Shown here: piece by piece, positions 1-6,857 of the stretch
Layout: the number at the start of each line of letters is the position of its first letter
Position numbering within the stretch: position 1 is the first letter of the stretch
Virus record (IMG/VR): IMGVR_UViG_3300034053_000021
Span: 203 to 64,202 of that record
Strand: one strand, 5' to 3'
DNA length: 64,000 nucleotides
DNA from: a virus
Lineage: Duplodnaviria > Caudoviricetes
Program-made: the position numbers and the translations under genes
The notes under the pieces: model-generated
The model's database searches: none
What the model saw: only the letters and a program-made list of their open reading frames with translations
Told to the model about the DNA's origin: nothing

Positions 1-1
1 G

Positions 2-454
2 GCCGCTTTGCCTGAGCGCTTCCAGGTTGTCGCGTCCGTAGGCCACCAAGGCAATGGGTGCGCCGCTATTGAAATCTGCCCGCCGTCCGTCCACGTAGTG
101 GAAGTGCGGGCGCCCTTTGAGGAACAGCACACCATCTGCCGAGCCCCAGATCGTTTCGTAAAACATCGCGGTTTCGGTCCGCGCCGGAATCAAGGCAATT
201 CCGTTGCCGTGGTCGCGCATACGCCGCAGCCACTTCACGGCCTCGCGTCCGAATGGCGGGTTGCACCACACACGGCCAAACCACGGCAGCGCCAGCCCGT
301 CGTCCTGCGCCGTGTAGTGCTGTGCCGCTGTTTCCCAAGGCCGCACCGCTGGCGCGCACGGGTCAAGATCGAAGGCACCGAGCGCCCGCAGGATCTCTGG
401 CGGCGTCAGCCATTCGTCGTGTCCGCCGTTCTTCTGGTGCGCACTCAAACCCAT
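2..454 (-). CDS. Phage DNA N6-adenine methyltransferase (Dam-like), 3' end runs off the window
   Basis: Hand translation from ATG 454 (absent from the ORF track): MGLSAHQKNGGHDEWLTPPEILRALGAFDLDPCA...VWCNPPF...IALIPARTET. The EWxTP, FDLDPCA and NPPF motifs are typical of this family. Confidence 0.9.
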   Translation of the reverse strand, partial: MGLSAHQKNGGHDEWLTPPEILRALGAFDLDPCAPAVRPWETAAQHYTAQDDGLALPWFGRVWCNPPFGREAVKWLRRMRDHGNGIALIPARTETAMFYETIWGSADGVLFLKGRPHFHYVDGRRADFNSGAPIALVAYGRDNLEALRQSG

Positions 455-455
455 C

Positions 456-782
456 TCACTTGTCCCCCGTGTGGCACAACCCGTCAGTCGAGCCGACCTC
501 GCGCGATAATGCCGCGCTCGTCGGCTCACTTTTTGCGTTAGAGGGCATGTCCGCCAGTAGCCCAGCCAGCCGTTGCGCGGTACTCCAAACCTTTTTCGGC
601 GGGTTCGGCGTACCGGATCGAATCGCGTCCGGTGTCACCAGCACTGCACGCTGCGGTAGCGTCATCAACTCGCGCAGGAACGGAAGCAATTGGTGTTCTG
701 GCATCGTTCCGGTTTCAATGTGCGGCCCGTGGAACTTGCCACCCTTGCTGCGCCACAGGGCGCGAAGATCGTCGTCTGTCAT
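456..782 (-). CDS. Hypothetical cassette protein; C-terminus read through attC1
   Basis: 108-aa ORF; GAGGA SD just after the attC2 core. Confidence 0.75.
   Translation of the reverse strand: MTDDDLRALWRSKGGKFHGPHIETGTMPEHQLLPFLRELMTLPQRAVLVTPDAIRSGTPNPPKKVWSTAQRLAGLLADMPSNAKSEPTSAALSREVGSTDGLCHTGDK
474..543 (+). mobile_element. Integron attC site 1
   Basis: GCACAAC-5nt-AGT(C)GAGC CGAC...GTCG GCTCACT-6nt-GTTAGAG: R''/L''/L'/R' boxes with an extrahelical C in L''. Confidence 0.9.
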
Positions 783-797
783 GCTGTCCTCTCTGCC

Positions 798-863
798 CTC
801 TAACCCGTCAGTCGAGCGGACTCCGCGCCTGCGGCGCTCCGCTCGCTCACTTTTGAGTTAGTA
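798..863 (+). mobile_element. Integron attC site 2
   Basis: CTCTAAC-CCGTC-AGT(C)GAGC...GCTCACT-TTTGA-GTTAGTA. Confidence 0.9.
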
Positions 864-866
864 GGC

Positions 867-1085
867 TCAGTATTCACAGCACACCTCGAATTCGTGGCCG
901 CATTCCGGGCACTCCACCTCAAGGCTGTTTGCCAGTTTTGTGCCGCTCTCTATGGGTTGCAGACGTTCGTGGTTGACCCAGAAATCGTCGGCCCGCAGTA
1001 GATCAACAAACTCTCCACACTTCGGGCAATCGCAGTTCAAGGAAATGTCCCATGTCGCGCTAACTTCTGCTTTCTTCACCTTCAT
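867..1085 (-). CDS. Small double zinc-ribbon cassette protein
   Basis: CPKC and CPEC motifs; AAGGAG SD. Confidence 0.8.
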   Translation of the reverse strand: MKVKKAEVSATWDISLNCDCPKCGEFVDLLRADDFWVNHERLQPIESGTKLANSLEVECPECGHEFEVCCEY

Positions 1086-1102
1086 CTCCTTTTCGTCCAG
1101 CC

Positions 1103-1189
1103 TTCTAACCCGTTGCTCGTGCGGACCGAATATCGGCGGCGCTCGTTTCTCAATCCGCCTCGCGCGGTCCGCACAGCGCTGCGTTGGGC
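1103..1189 (+). mobile_element. Integron attC site 3
   Basis: TTCTAAC-CCGTT-GCT(C)GTGC GGACCG...CGGTCC GCACAGC-GCTGC-GTTGGGC. Confidence 0.9.
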
Positions 1190-1365
1190 GCCTTCTTCAC
1201 GCCGTCAAATGGTGGAACTTTCAGCCAAATATCTGCGGCATCTTCTGCCGCCATCTGGCCGCTGAACTCCATGCGGAAGCCTCCGTTCGTTTTGATCGAC
1301 ACAACCACAAGCGCCGTTCCTTGCTCGGGGTTCTCTCTCGGCATCGTTGCTCGCCATTTCTTCAT
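1150..1365 (-). CDS. Hypothetical cassette protein; stop codon inside attC3
   Basis: 71-aa ORF ending APNAALCGPREAD. Confidence 0.65.
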   Translation of the reverse strand: MKKWRATMPRENPEQGTALVVVSIKTNGGFRMEFSGQMAAEDAADIWLKVPPFDGVKKAPNAALCGPREAD

Positions 1366-1414
1366 CGCAGTCCTCTCAAAGCGGCATTGCCGCGTAAATT
1401 TTGCAAGTTGCAGC

Positions 1415-1484
1415 GCCCAACTAGGCGTGCAAGCGGGGCGCTGCGCGATAGGGCCGCGCAGCGCCCCTTCACTCGGCGTTGGGG
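1415..1484 (+). mobile_element. Integron attC site 4
   Basis: GCCCAAC-TAGGC-GTG(C)AAG..GGGCGCTGCGCG/CGCGCAGCGCCC..CTTCAC-TCGGC-GTTGGGG. Confidence 0.88.
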
Positions 1485-1488
1485 GTCT

Positions 1489-1740
1489 TCATTGCCGGCA
1501 TCCGATCTGCTTGCCTGCGCTGTCAATTCGTGGCGTCAGCCCTCCGCTCACCGCTTCGAGGTACTGGCAGCCGGTGAGCGCGTCGGTTCGCACCGCTACG
1601 CCGCTTCGCTTCCCCCATTCTCCGGGGTCACTGTCGTCTCGGCTGATCGGCAGCTTTCCTATCAGCACGACCGAGAAATAGAGCACGACGGCCCACTTTG
1701 CCAGCCACTTGGTGTAGTTCTTCAGTTCCTCAGCAGCCAT
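1489..1740 (-). CDS. Membrane-anchored cassette protein (DUF6440-like)
   Basis: Start at MAAEELK; N-terminal TM segment, then TDALTGCQYL..SGGLTPRIDSAGK. Confidence 0.7.
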   Translation of the reverse strand: MAAEELKNYTKWLAKWAVVLYFSVVLIGKLPISRDDSDPGEWGKRSGVAVRTDALTGCQYLEAVSGGLTPRIDSAGKQIGCRQ

Positions 1741-2227
1741 CGCGTTTCCCTTCAAAAGTCGGTGCTGGCTGGACGGCGACCCCCAACCCGTCGTTGCAGG
1801 CGCGACCTCCTTCGGCGGCGGCCTGAACTCGGGCGTTGGGGGCCTTACGCAGCGCCAAGTCCAGCCGCGCCAGTGCATTCCATGCCGCATGTGCCGCGTG
1901 GTGCAGTCCGGTGTCCGGGTCGCATTCCTCGCCAGTCGCCTCTCGCATCAGGTGCCGCAGCATCGCGTCCGTGTAGCGGCGTTCTCCGTCCGGCACTTCC
2001 ATCCAGCCGTTGTCGGTGTACTTGTTTGCGCCGTAGGTGCCCACAGCGCCAACCTCTTGCAGCGCCCGTGCAAACCCACATAACACCAACCCGAGCCGGT
2101 TCTTTCCGGCATCCAGCTTTGCCCCGGCCTCGTTCGGCTTCTTGCCGTTCGGGTCGGCCTCCAGTACCCCGAATGTCTCGGCTCTGTGCTGGTCGTCGGC
2201 GGTCATATGCATTTGGTTCTCCATCAT
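1730..2227 (-). CDS. dATP/dGTP diphosphohydrolase-like protein (DUF5664)
   Basis: GAKLDAGKNR..L...ALQEVGAVGTYGANKY..NGW...YTDAMLRH...DPDTGLHHAAHAAWNAL; the tail reads through attC5. Confidence 0.88.
   Translation of the reverse strand: MMENQMHMTADDQHRAETFGVLEADPNGKKPNEAGAKLDAGKNRLGLVLCGFARALQEVGAVGTYGANKYTDNGWMEVPDGERRYTDAMLRHLMREATGEECDPDTGLHHAAHAAWNALARLDLALRKAPNARVQAAAEGGRACNDGLGVAVQPAPTFEGKRDGC
1781..1841 (+). mobile_element. Integron attC site 5 (last of the array)
   Basis: CCCCAAC-CCGTC-GTT(G)CAGGC...GCCTGAAC-TCGGGC-GTTGGGG. Confidence 0.88.
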
Positions 2228-2230
2228 TCA

Positions 2231-2683
2231 TCAGTCCTCAAAAGTCTGCGCTGGCGATACGGCGCCGACTTTTGCGAGAACATCTCGCGCAATCTGGTTG
2301 CCAATGCTGTTTCCGTAGTGCGGTTCATTGCCAAGCCTCGCCAGCTTTTCGAGTGCCGCAGCAAGTTCGTCGCGCTGCTGCTTCATAGCGAAAAGCTCTT
2401 CCTGAGTTTCTACCAGAGCTGCACCGTTGATGTCCGCCGTCTGCTCGGATGCGGCGAGTTTATATTCAGCATCGCTCAAATCTTTTACAACGGAATCACG
2501 CATCTCCTTTGTTGCTTCCAGTTCAGCGCGCATGTGAGTAACGGCAGCCTCTAGGTGGATGATGTACTCTTGCTTATTCTTAAGTTCAGCGCGTAGTGAT
2601 TCGATTTCATGATGCAAAGGCTTTGTTGCCTCGTCGATTTCTCGCTGCCGCATCTGCCTAGTCAGATCTTGTGTTTCAATCAT
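2231..2683 (-). CDS. Hypothetical coiled-coil protein
   Basis: 150-aa heptad-rich ORF with GGAG SD. Confidence 0.75.
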   Translation of the reverse strand: MIETQDLTRQMRQREIDEATKPLHHEIESLRAELKNKQEYIIHLEAAVTHMRAELEATKEMRDSVVKDLSDAEYKLAASEQTADINGAALVETQEELFAMKQQRDELAAALEKLARLGNEPHYGNSIGNQIARDVLAKVGAVSPAQTFED

Positions 2684-2881
2684 CTCACTCTCCTTGTATT
2701 AGGACCACCCGCATTGTTTCTCCTTCTTCATCCCCCTCTATTGAGATTAAAAGGTGCGGGTGGGTTGATAGGTGGGGTACTCGTGCCCGGGTGATGCCTT
2801 ATGCCGTTGGAGCACTCGACCGCGAATCCGCAATCCAGAAGTGTGGCACATAGGACTTACTCCACTTTCCCCCATTGATCG

Positions 2882-3088
2882 TTAAATCTTCTTGCTTCTC
2901 GTTGCAAATCCACTCGCTCTGGCATAGACGCAATACTCTCCGCCGCTATGCGAGTGGGTGCTGACTACCCTCTGTCCTTCTACGACTGGGCATGCCTTTG
3001 GCTCAGGAGTGTGCATTCCTACGTACATCCCGCCGAAGAAACATCCGACTCCGAACGTGATGACGAAGAGAAACTTCTCGGCGGTCAT
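2882..3088 (-). CDS. Small membrane protein
   Basis: Start reassigned to MTAEKFLFV (GGAG SD); N-terminal TM segment. Confidence 0.65.
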   Translation of the reverse strand: MTAEKFLFVITFGVGCFFGGMYVGMHTPEPKACPVVEGQRVVSTHSHSGGEYCVYARASGFATRSKKI

Positions 3089-3240
3089 CGCTGTATCTCC
3101 AGCAATTGCAACTCCGCATCCCACTGGTCCCACTCGCGTTTGTACTGCCGCACGACACCCGGGTTCATCCCGGTGCTGTTGGCGATGACGTAGGTGAAGT
3201 GGGCGAACCATGCGCAGAACCGGGTGAAGTGGTAGTTCAT
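3085..3240 (-). CDS. Small hypothetical protein (51 aa)
   Basis: MNYHFTRFCAWF...; ATGA overlaps at both ends. Confidence 0.6.
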   Translation of the reverse strand: MNYHFTRFCAWFAHFTYVIANSTGMNPGVVRQYKREWDQWDAELQLLEIQR

Positions 3241-3377
3241 TCCTCGCCCTCCCGTGAGTTTCTAGTTCCAGACCCTTTACATTTCCAACATACCGCGCCG
3301 TCGTACTGTCCTTCGCCTGATCCGCTGCATTCCGGGCACAGATGATCCTCTTGTTCCACCCACTTGTCAATAGTCAT
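3237..3377 (-). CDS. DnaJ-type zinc-finger miniprotein (46 aa)
   Basis: CPECSGSGEG...CWKCKGSG; ATGA-coupled. Confidence 0.7.
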   Translation of the reverse strand: MTIDKWVEQEDHLCPECSGSGEGQYDGAVCWKCKGSGTRNSREGEE

Positions 3378-3646
3378 GGTTCGATCTCCAACTGGTCAGA
3401 AGAGAAACACTTGTTGTCTTGGTACACCTGCCCGGTCACAGCGTCGACGAGAACGTCGTGCCCGCGGTATTTGCAGGGGTACATGGCCCGGACCACGCGC
3501 TCGCGGTTCATGATCTTGACCGTTCGCTTGACGGTCTTCTCCTTGCGGTTGCGCATGTCGGTCAGCCGCGCCGAGCGGATCACCCGCTGCGGGTAAGTCT
3601 CGGAGTCGAAGTCCTTGAATACGATAGTGCGAACGGTTGTCATCAC
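3374..3646 (-). CDS. Hypothetical protein
   Basis: 90-aa ORF in the coupled operon. Confidence 0.7.
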   Translation of the reverse strand: MMTTVRTIVFKDFDSETYPQRVIRSARLTDMRNRKEKTVKRTVKIMNRERVVRAMYPCKYRGHDVLVDAVTGQVYQDNKCFSSDQLEIEP

Positions 3647-4086
3647 ATTACTCCTTGCGCGGTTGGTCTACGTCTAACCTTTTGGGTCATAGCCTTCTCT
3701 ACAGGCCATCGCCGTAAAAATATTCGTGCGAAAAGCGTCGAGTGCTTTATTCCGAAGCGGCGTCCCCATGCCGCCACAGTTTTTGTTTCCCCTGCGTAAG
3801 TGACTTGTAGGTTTCCACGTCGGTTGTTACCTTGTTCGAGCATATCCGCCCACCGACAATTTTCAACATAGTACCCTTTGGAGTTATCCACTCTGTCTAA
3901 GGTTTTACCTGTAGGCTTAACCCCCATGTCGGCCAAAAAATTCTCGAACACAAGCCAGCGATCGCAGACCGTGATGCCTCGGCCACCATACCTACTATAG
4001 TTGTGGGCTTTATGGTTATTGCACCGCCGCAACATATTACGCCAGCAGTCATACGTCGGGGTTCCAGTCATACCATGGGTCTTCAC
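3643..4086 (-). CDS. HNH homing endonuclease
   Basis: THGMTGTPTY..W..ML.RC...YGGRGITVCDRW..FENFLADMG...TLDRVDN..GY..ENCRWA. Confidence 0.92.
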   Translation of the reverse strand: MKTHGMTGTPTYDCWRNMLRRCNNHKAHNYSRYGGRGITVCDRWLVFENFLADMGVKPTGKTLDRVDNSKGYYVENCRWADMLEQGNNRRGNLQVTYAGETKTVAAWGRRFGIKHSTLFARIFLRRWPVEKAMTQKVRRRPTAQGVM

Positions 4087-4943
4087 CTCATCACCCCTCT
4101 CATCTGTGCAAGGATTGCATCCACACTATTTGCCACAATTTCTCGTAGGGCAGTGTCTTTCTTCACCGCGTTTTTATCTAGGTTTGAAAGTACTTGAACG
4201 ACTTCATCCCGTGCAGCAGCTACCTCCACATCCTCAAATATGTTGAGCCCCGGCAACCTGTTCATTAGGTCAACTACGTTCTCTATCGCCGAGGTGTGGA
4301 AGTGGCCACTAGATTTTAACCTACTGCTCAGGTGTGCGAGACTGCTGGCAACACTTTTCCTAAGCTCACCCATCATGGCCTGCACCCGCCCGTTGATCTC
4401 GCCCTCGATCTCAGAACGTATCTCAGCCACGGCATCGTCTGCCATCTCCACGCGGAAGTCCCCCGCCGTCGGGAGCGGCATGATACTCCAGCTCATGGCG
4501 AACTTGTTGCGGACCTCGGACACTGGCGGATAGTCCGCCTCGTTGAACAGGCTGTTGAGCTTGAACCGGGCACGCTCGCGGTGCACGTCGTACTCGGCGC
4601 AGAACGCGTCGACCGCCGTATTGAACTCATGCTGGAAAACACCGAGCTTCTGCACCACGTCGAAGTAATTGACCGACGACACGACGTTGATGCCGTTGTG
4701 CCCCCACGGGAGCGTGTGCTTGTCGAAGAAATCCCGGGCCTTGGATGCGATCTGCTGGATGGGCAGCAGCGCGGCCTTATCGATCGTCTGCTTGTTGAAC
4801 CGCCCGGCGTCGGTCGACGCCTCGTGGGTGTCAGTGACTTCCTTGGTCGCCTGCCGGTCGAGCTTGCGGAACGTGGCTTGGGAGATGCTCAGGCTGATGA
4901 GCATGGCTTTGGATGCGATTTGTGTCATGGTATTACTCCTCAA
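4083..4943 (-). CDS. DUF3150-like phage protein
   Basis: MLISLSIS..TFRKLD, TLPW..NG, FN..DYP motifs; usual companion of AAA/VWA genes. Confidence 0.7.
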   Translation of the reverse strand: MRSNTMTQIASKAMLISLSISQATFRKLDRQATKEVTDTHEASTDAGRFNKQTIDKAALLPIQQIASKARDFFDKHTLPWGHNGINVVSSVNYFDVVQKLGVFQHEFNTAVDAFCAEYDVHRERARFKLNSLFNEADYPPVSEVRNKFAMSWSIMPLPTAGDFRVEMADDAVAEIRSEIEGEINGRVQAMMGELRKSVASSLAHLSSRLKSSGHFHTSAIENVVDLMNRLPGLNIFEDVEVAAARDEVVQVLSNLDKNAVKKDTALREIVANSVDAILAQMRGVMR

Positions 4944-5127
4944 GTGAATGGATCAAGCGAATATAACCTTCTGCGTCGGCGAACGTGGTGAACTCGTCCG
5001 TATCTTTGTTGTGACACGTGTCACAAAATGAGACTGTGTAGTAGTTGCGGCGGTTGTCGTGGTCAACATGGAACGATACGAGGGCGTAGTACCTCCAACC
5101 CCCGAACGTATCCGCCTCAAACCGCAT
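4933..5127 (-). CDS. Small hypothetical protein
   Basis: Start MRFEAD. Confidence 0.55.
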   Translation of the reverse strand: MRFEADTFGGWRYYALVSFHVDHDNRRNYYTVSFCDTCHNKDTDEFTTFADAEGYIRLIHSLEE

Positions 5128-5137
5128 CCCCTGCCGT

Positions 5138-5341
5138 CTAAGTCTGCCCACGATGTTCCAGCGCAAATATCAGCGCTGCCTGCGCGGCTTCGTAGGTATC
5201 GAACTCTTGTGTTTCGCCATGAAGTGGCTCGACACGATACGGCGGTGCCCCATTGGTATCGATGTACATAAACGGTTTGGGCAAGGCGCCGTCGACAACG
5301 ACAGACACCAGCCCTTCGTGTTCTTGGAATTCATAGCTCAT
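5138..5341 (-). CDS. Small hypothetical protein
   Basis: Start MSYEFQ. Confidence 0.6.
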   Translation of the reverse strand: MSYEFQEHEGLVSVVVDGALPKPFMYIDTNGAPPYRVEPLHGETQEFDTYEAAQAALIFALEHRGQT

Positions 5342-5343
5342 AC

Positions 5344-6150
5344 TCACCCCACAAGAATAAGTTCGTTGGCCGAATAGTGATCGGCACACTTCAACTTAGC
5401 CTGGTCACGGTAATGCTCGCGCTCAAGATCGAAATCCACGATACACCGGCAGAGCTGCCACATGCGGGTAACTTCATCGATATCTTTGTTCATAAGTATG
5501 GCATCCTCCACCATTTTGACCTCATCGCGCAAGAACACATCCCACATTGCGGACATACTCGGGTACGCCCTCGACTCGACGACCATCACCGACAGCCGCA
5601 GCTTGGCCTCGGCCCACAGATTCTTCCACCGTGCCTCGAACGCCTTGAACCGCTTGGGGTTGTCGAAGCTGTACTTGATCTTGTGCGAGGTGTATCTACC
5701 CTCGGGCGCGTAATGGTACGGCTTACCCTCAGGCGAATCGTATCCGATGGACCCCGACTTGAGTACGACCTTGTGTTCAACGTCCACCCACAACACAGGA
5801 TTGTCCTCGATACGGCTGACAGGTATCTTACGCCCGGTATGTGGACACTGCAACTTACTTACCAAGTCCTTGGCCGGACGAATCAGTACCCCATACCGCT
5901 CCTCGTTACGCTCTCGCCACGCGGGGTCACGGTCGCCGACATTACACACTTGCAGCTTACCGTCAGCCGCTACGCACACCTGCCCCGCGTCATCGACGTG
6001 CATCTCGAACAGTACTACCGCGCTGTCGGCGGAACCACGCGCGTTGCCTGATATAACCTCAAGTTGTCTGGACACATCGTTTCCGTAGCTGTTCTTGTAC
6101 TGCTGCGTCCAGTACGCACTGGTCATGAACGCCGGGTCTTTGAGTTTCAT
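5344..6150 (-). CDS. Hypothetical protein
   Basis: Start MKLKDP, ATGA-coupled to the upstream gene. Confidence 0.75.
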   Translation of the reverse strand: MKLKDPAFMTSAYWTQQYKNSYGNDVSRQLEVISGNARGSADSAVVLFEMHVDDAGQVCVAADGKLQVCNVGDRDPAWRERNEERYGVLIRPAKDLVSKLQCPHTGRKIPVSRIEDNPVLWVDVEHKVVLKSGSIGYDSPEGKPYHYAPEGRYTSHKIKYSFDNPKRFKAFEARWKNLWAEAKLRLSVMVVESRAYPSMSAMWDVFLRDEVKMVEDAILMNKDIDEVTRMWQLCRCIVDFDLEREHYRDQAKLKCADHYSANELILVG

Positions 6151-6755
6151 ACTGCCTCCGCAAAAAGTCTGCCGATAATTACGTGTGTATGACATCCTGA
6201 CACGATCGTCAGGATGTCCCGTGGGGATAGCTGCGACTTGGGTATCTTGCCGCGAGCGTAGTCCTTGACCGATTGAGTTATCGCCCCCTCGGGGTGCCAC
6301 GTGCCTAGCTCGTACATCATGCGATGCTTGGGCGGCAAGTCATCGAGGGTGACCATCACCAAATTAGCCAGCGCTCCCGCTTCGAGCGCGACAAACTTCT
6401 CCGGTCGCACCAGATACCGGTTACAGTCGAACTCGATCGGGCCGTCGACGGGATAACGCCCCACCCAGATGTGGTTCTTGCTGACACAGCACCGGTCACC
6501 TGTCAGCGCTTCGATGATCTTCACCGACGGCTGCGTATGCCAGCCGTGAATGTCGATGGTCACGCTGTTGTCCTCGCGCAGCGTAGCGACGGAGTGGTAG
6601 TTGCCTTCGAACCACACTTGGATATCGCCGACGAGGTTGGCATCTCGGAACTTCGCCCACAGCTCTGGGCTGTCGTTGATCTTCAGCTCGAACGTACGGC
6701 CTCGGGTTTTCTCGCGGATCTTCCGTGCGAGTTCGGGATAGCTAGGTAAGCTCAT
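6147..6755 (-). CDS. Hypothetical protein
   Basis: 202 aa; preceded by the repeated leader with AGGAG SD. Confidence 0.8.
   Translation of the reverse strand: MSLPSYPELARKIREKTRGRTFELKINDSPELWAKFRDANLVGDIQVWFEGNYHSVATLREDNSVTIDIHGWHTQPSVKIIEALTGDRCCVSKNHIWVGRYPVDGPIEFDCNRYLVRPEKFVALEAGALANLVMVTLDDLPPKHRMMYELGTWHPEGAITQSVKDYARGKIPKSQLSPRDILTIVSGCHTHVIIGRLFAEAV
6190..6219. repeat. 12-6-12 palindrome, copy 1
   Basis: TGACATCCTGAC-ACGATC-GTCAGGATGTCC. Confidence 0.8.
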
Positions 6756-6821
6756 TTCAATCTCCTAAGTAAGTGCCGCTGGACCGCAGCGGCTACGGGT
6801 TTTTGTGACGGACGTCACAAA
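6753..6821 (-). promoter_or_regulatory. Repeated 5' leader, copy 1 (TTTGTGAC-N4-GTCACAAA palindrome, GCCGCTG hairpin, CACTTACTT, SD)
   Basis: 51 nt identical to 9467-9517. Confidence 0.8.
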
Positions 6822-6857
6822 GGGACGGACGGCAGGCTCGTGAGAGCCGCCGGGGTG

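Noticed and set aside
940-2388. 482-aa + strand ORF across the cassette array
   Set aside because: Shadow of the - strand genes and GC-rich attC sites; no SD or motifs, and Arg/Ser/Pro-rich nonsense composition. It is not an integrase (no R-H-R-Y tetrad).
2690-2880. Intergenic CCACCCGCA/TGCGGGTGG stem with a 10-codon ORF, as riboswitch or leader peptide
   Set aside because: No recognisable riboswitch consensus; a single 9-bp stem is insufficient evidence.
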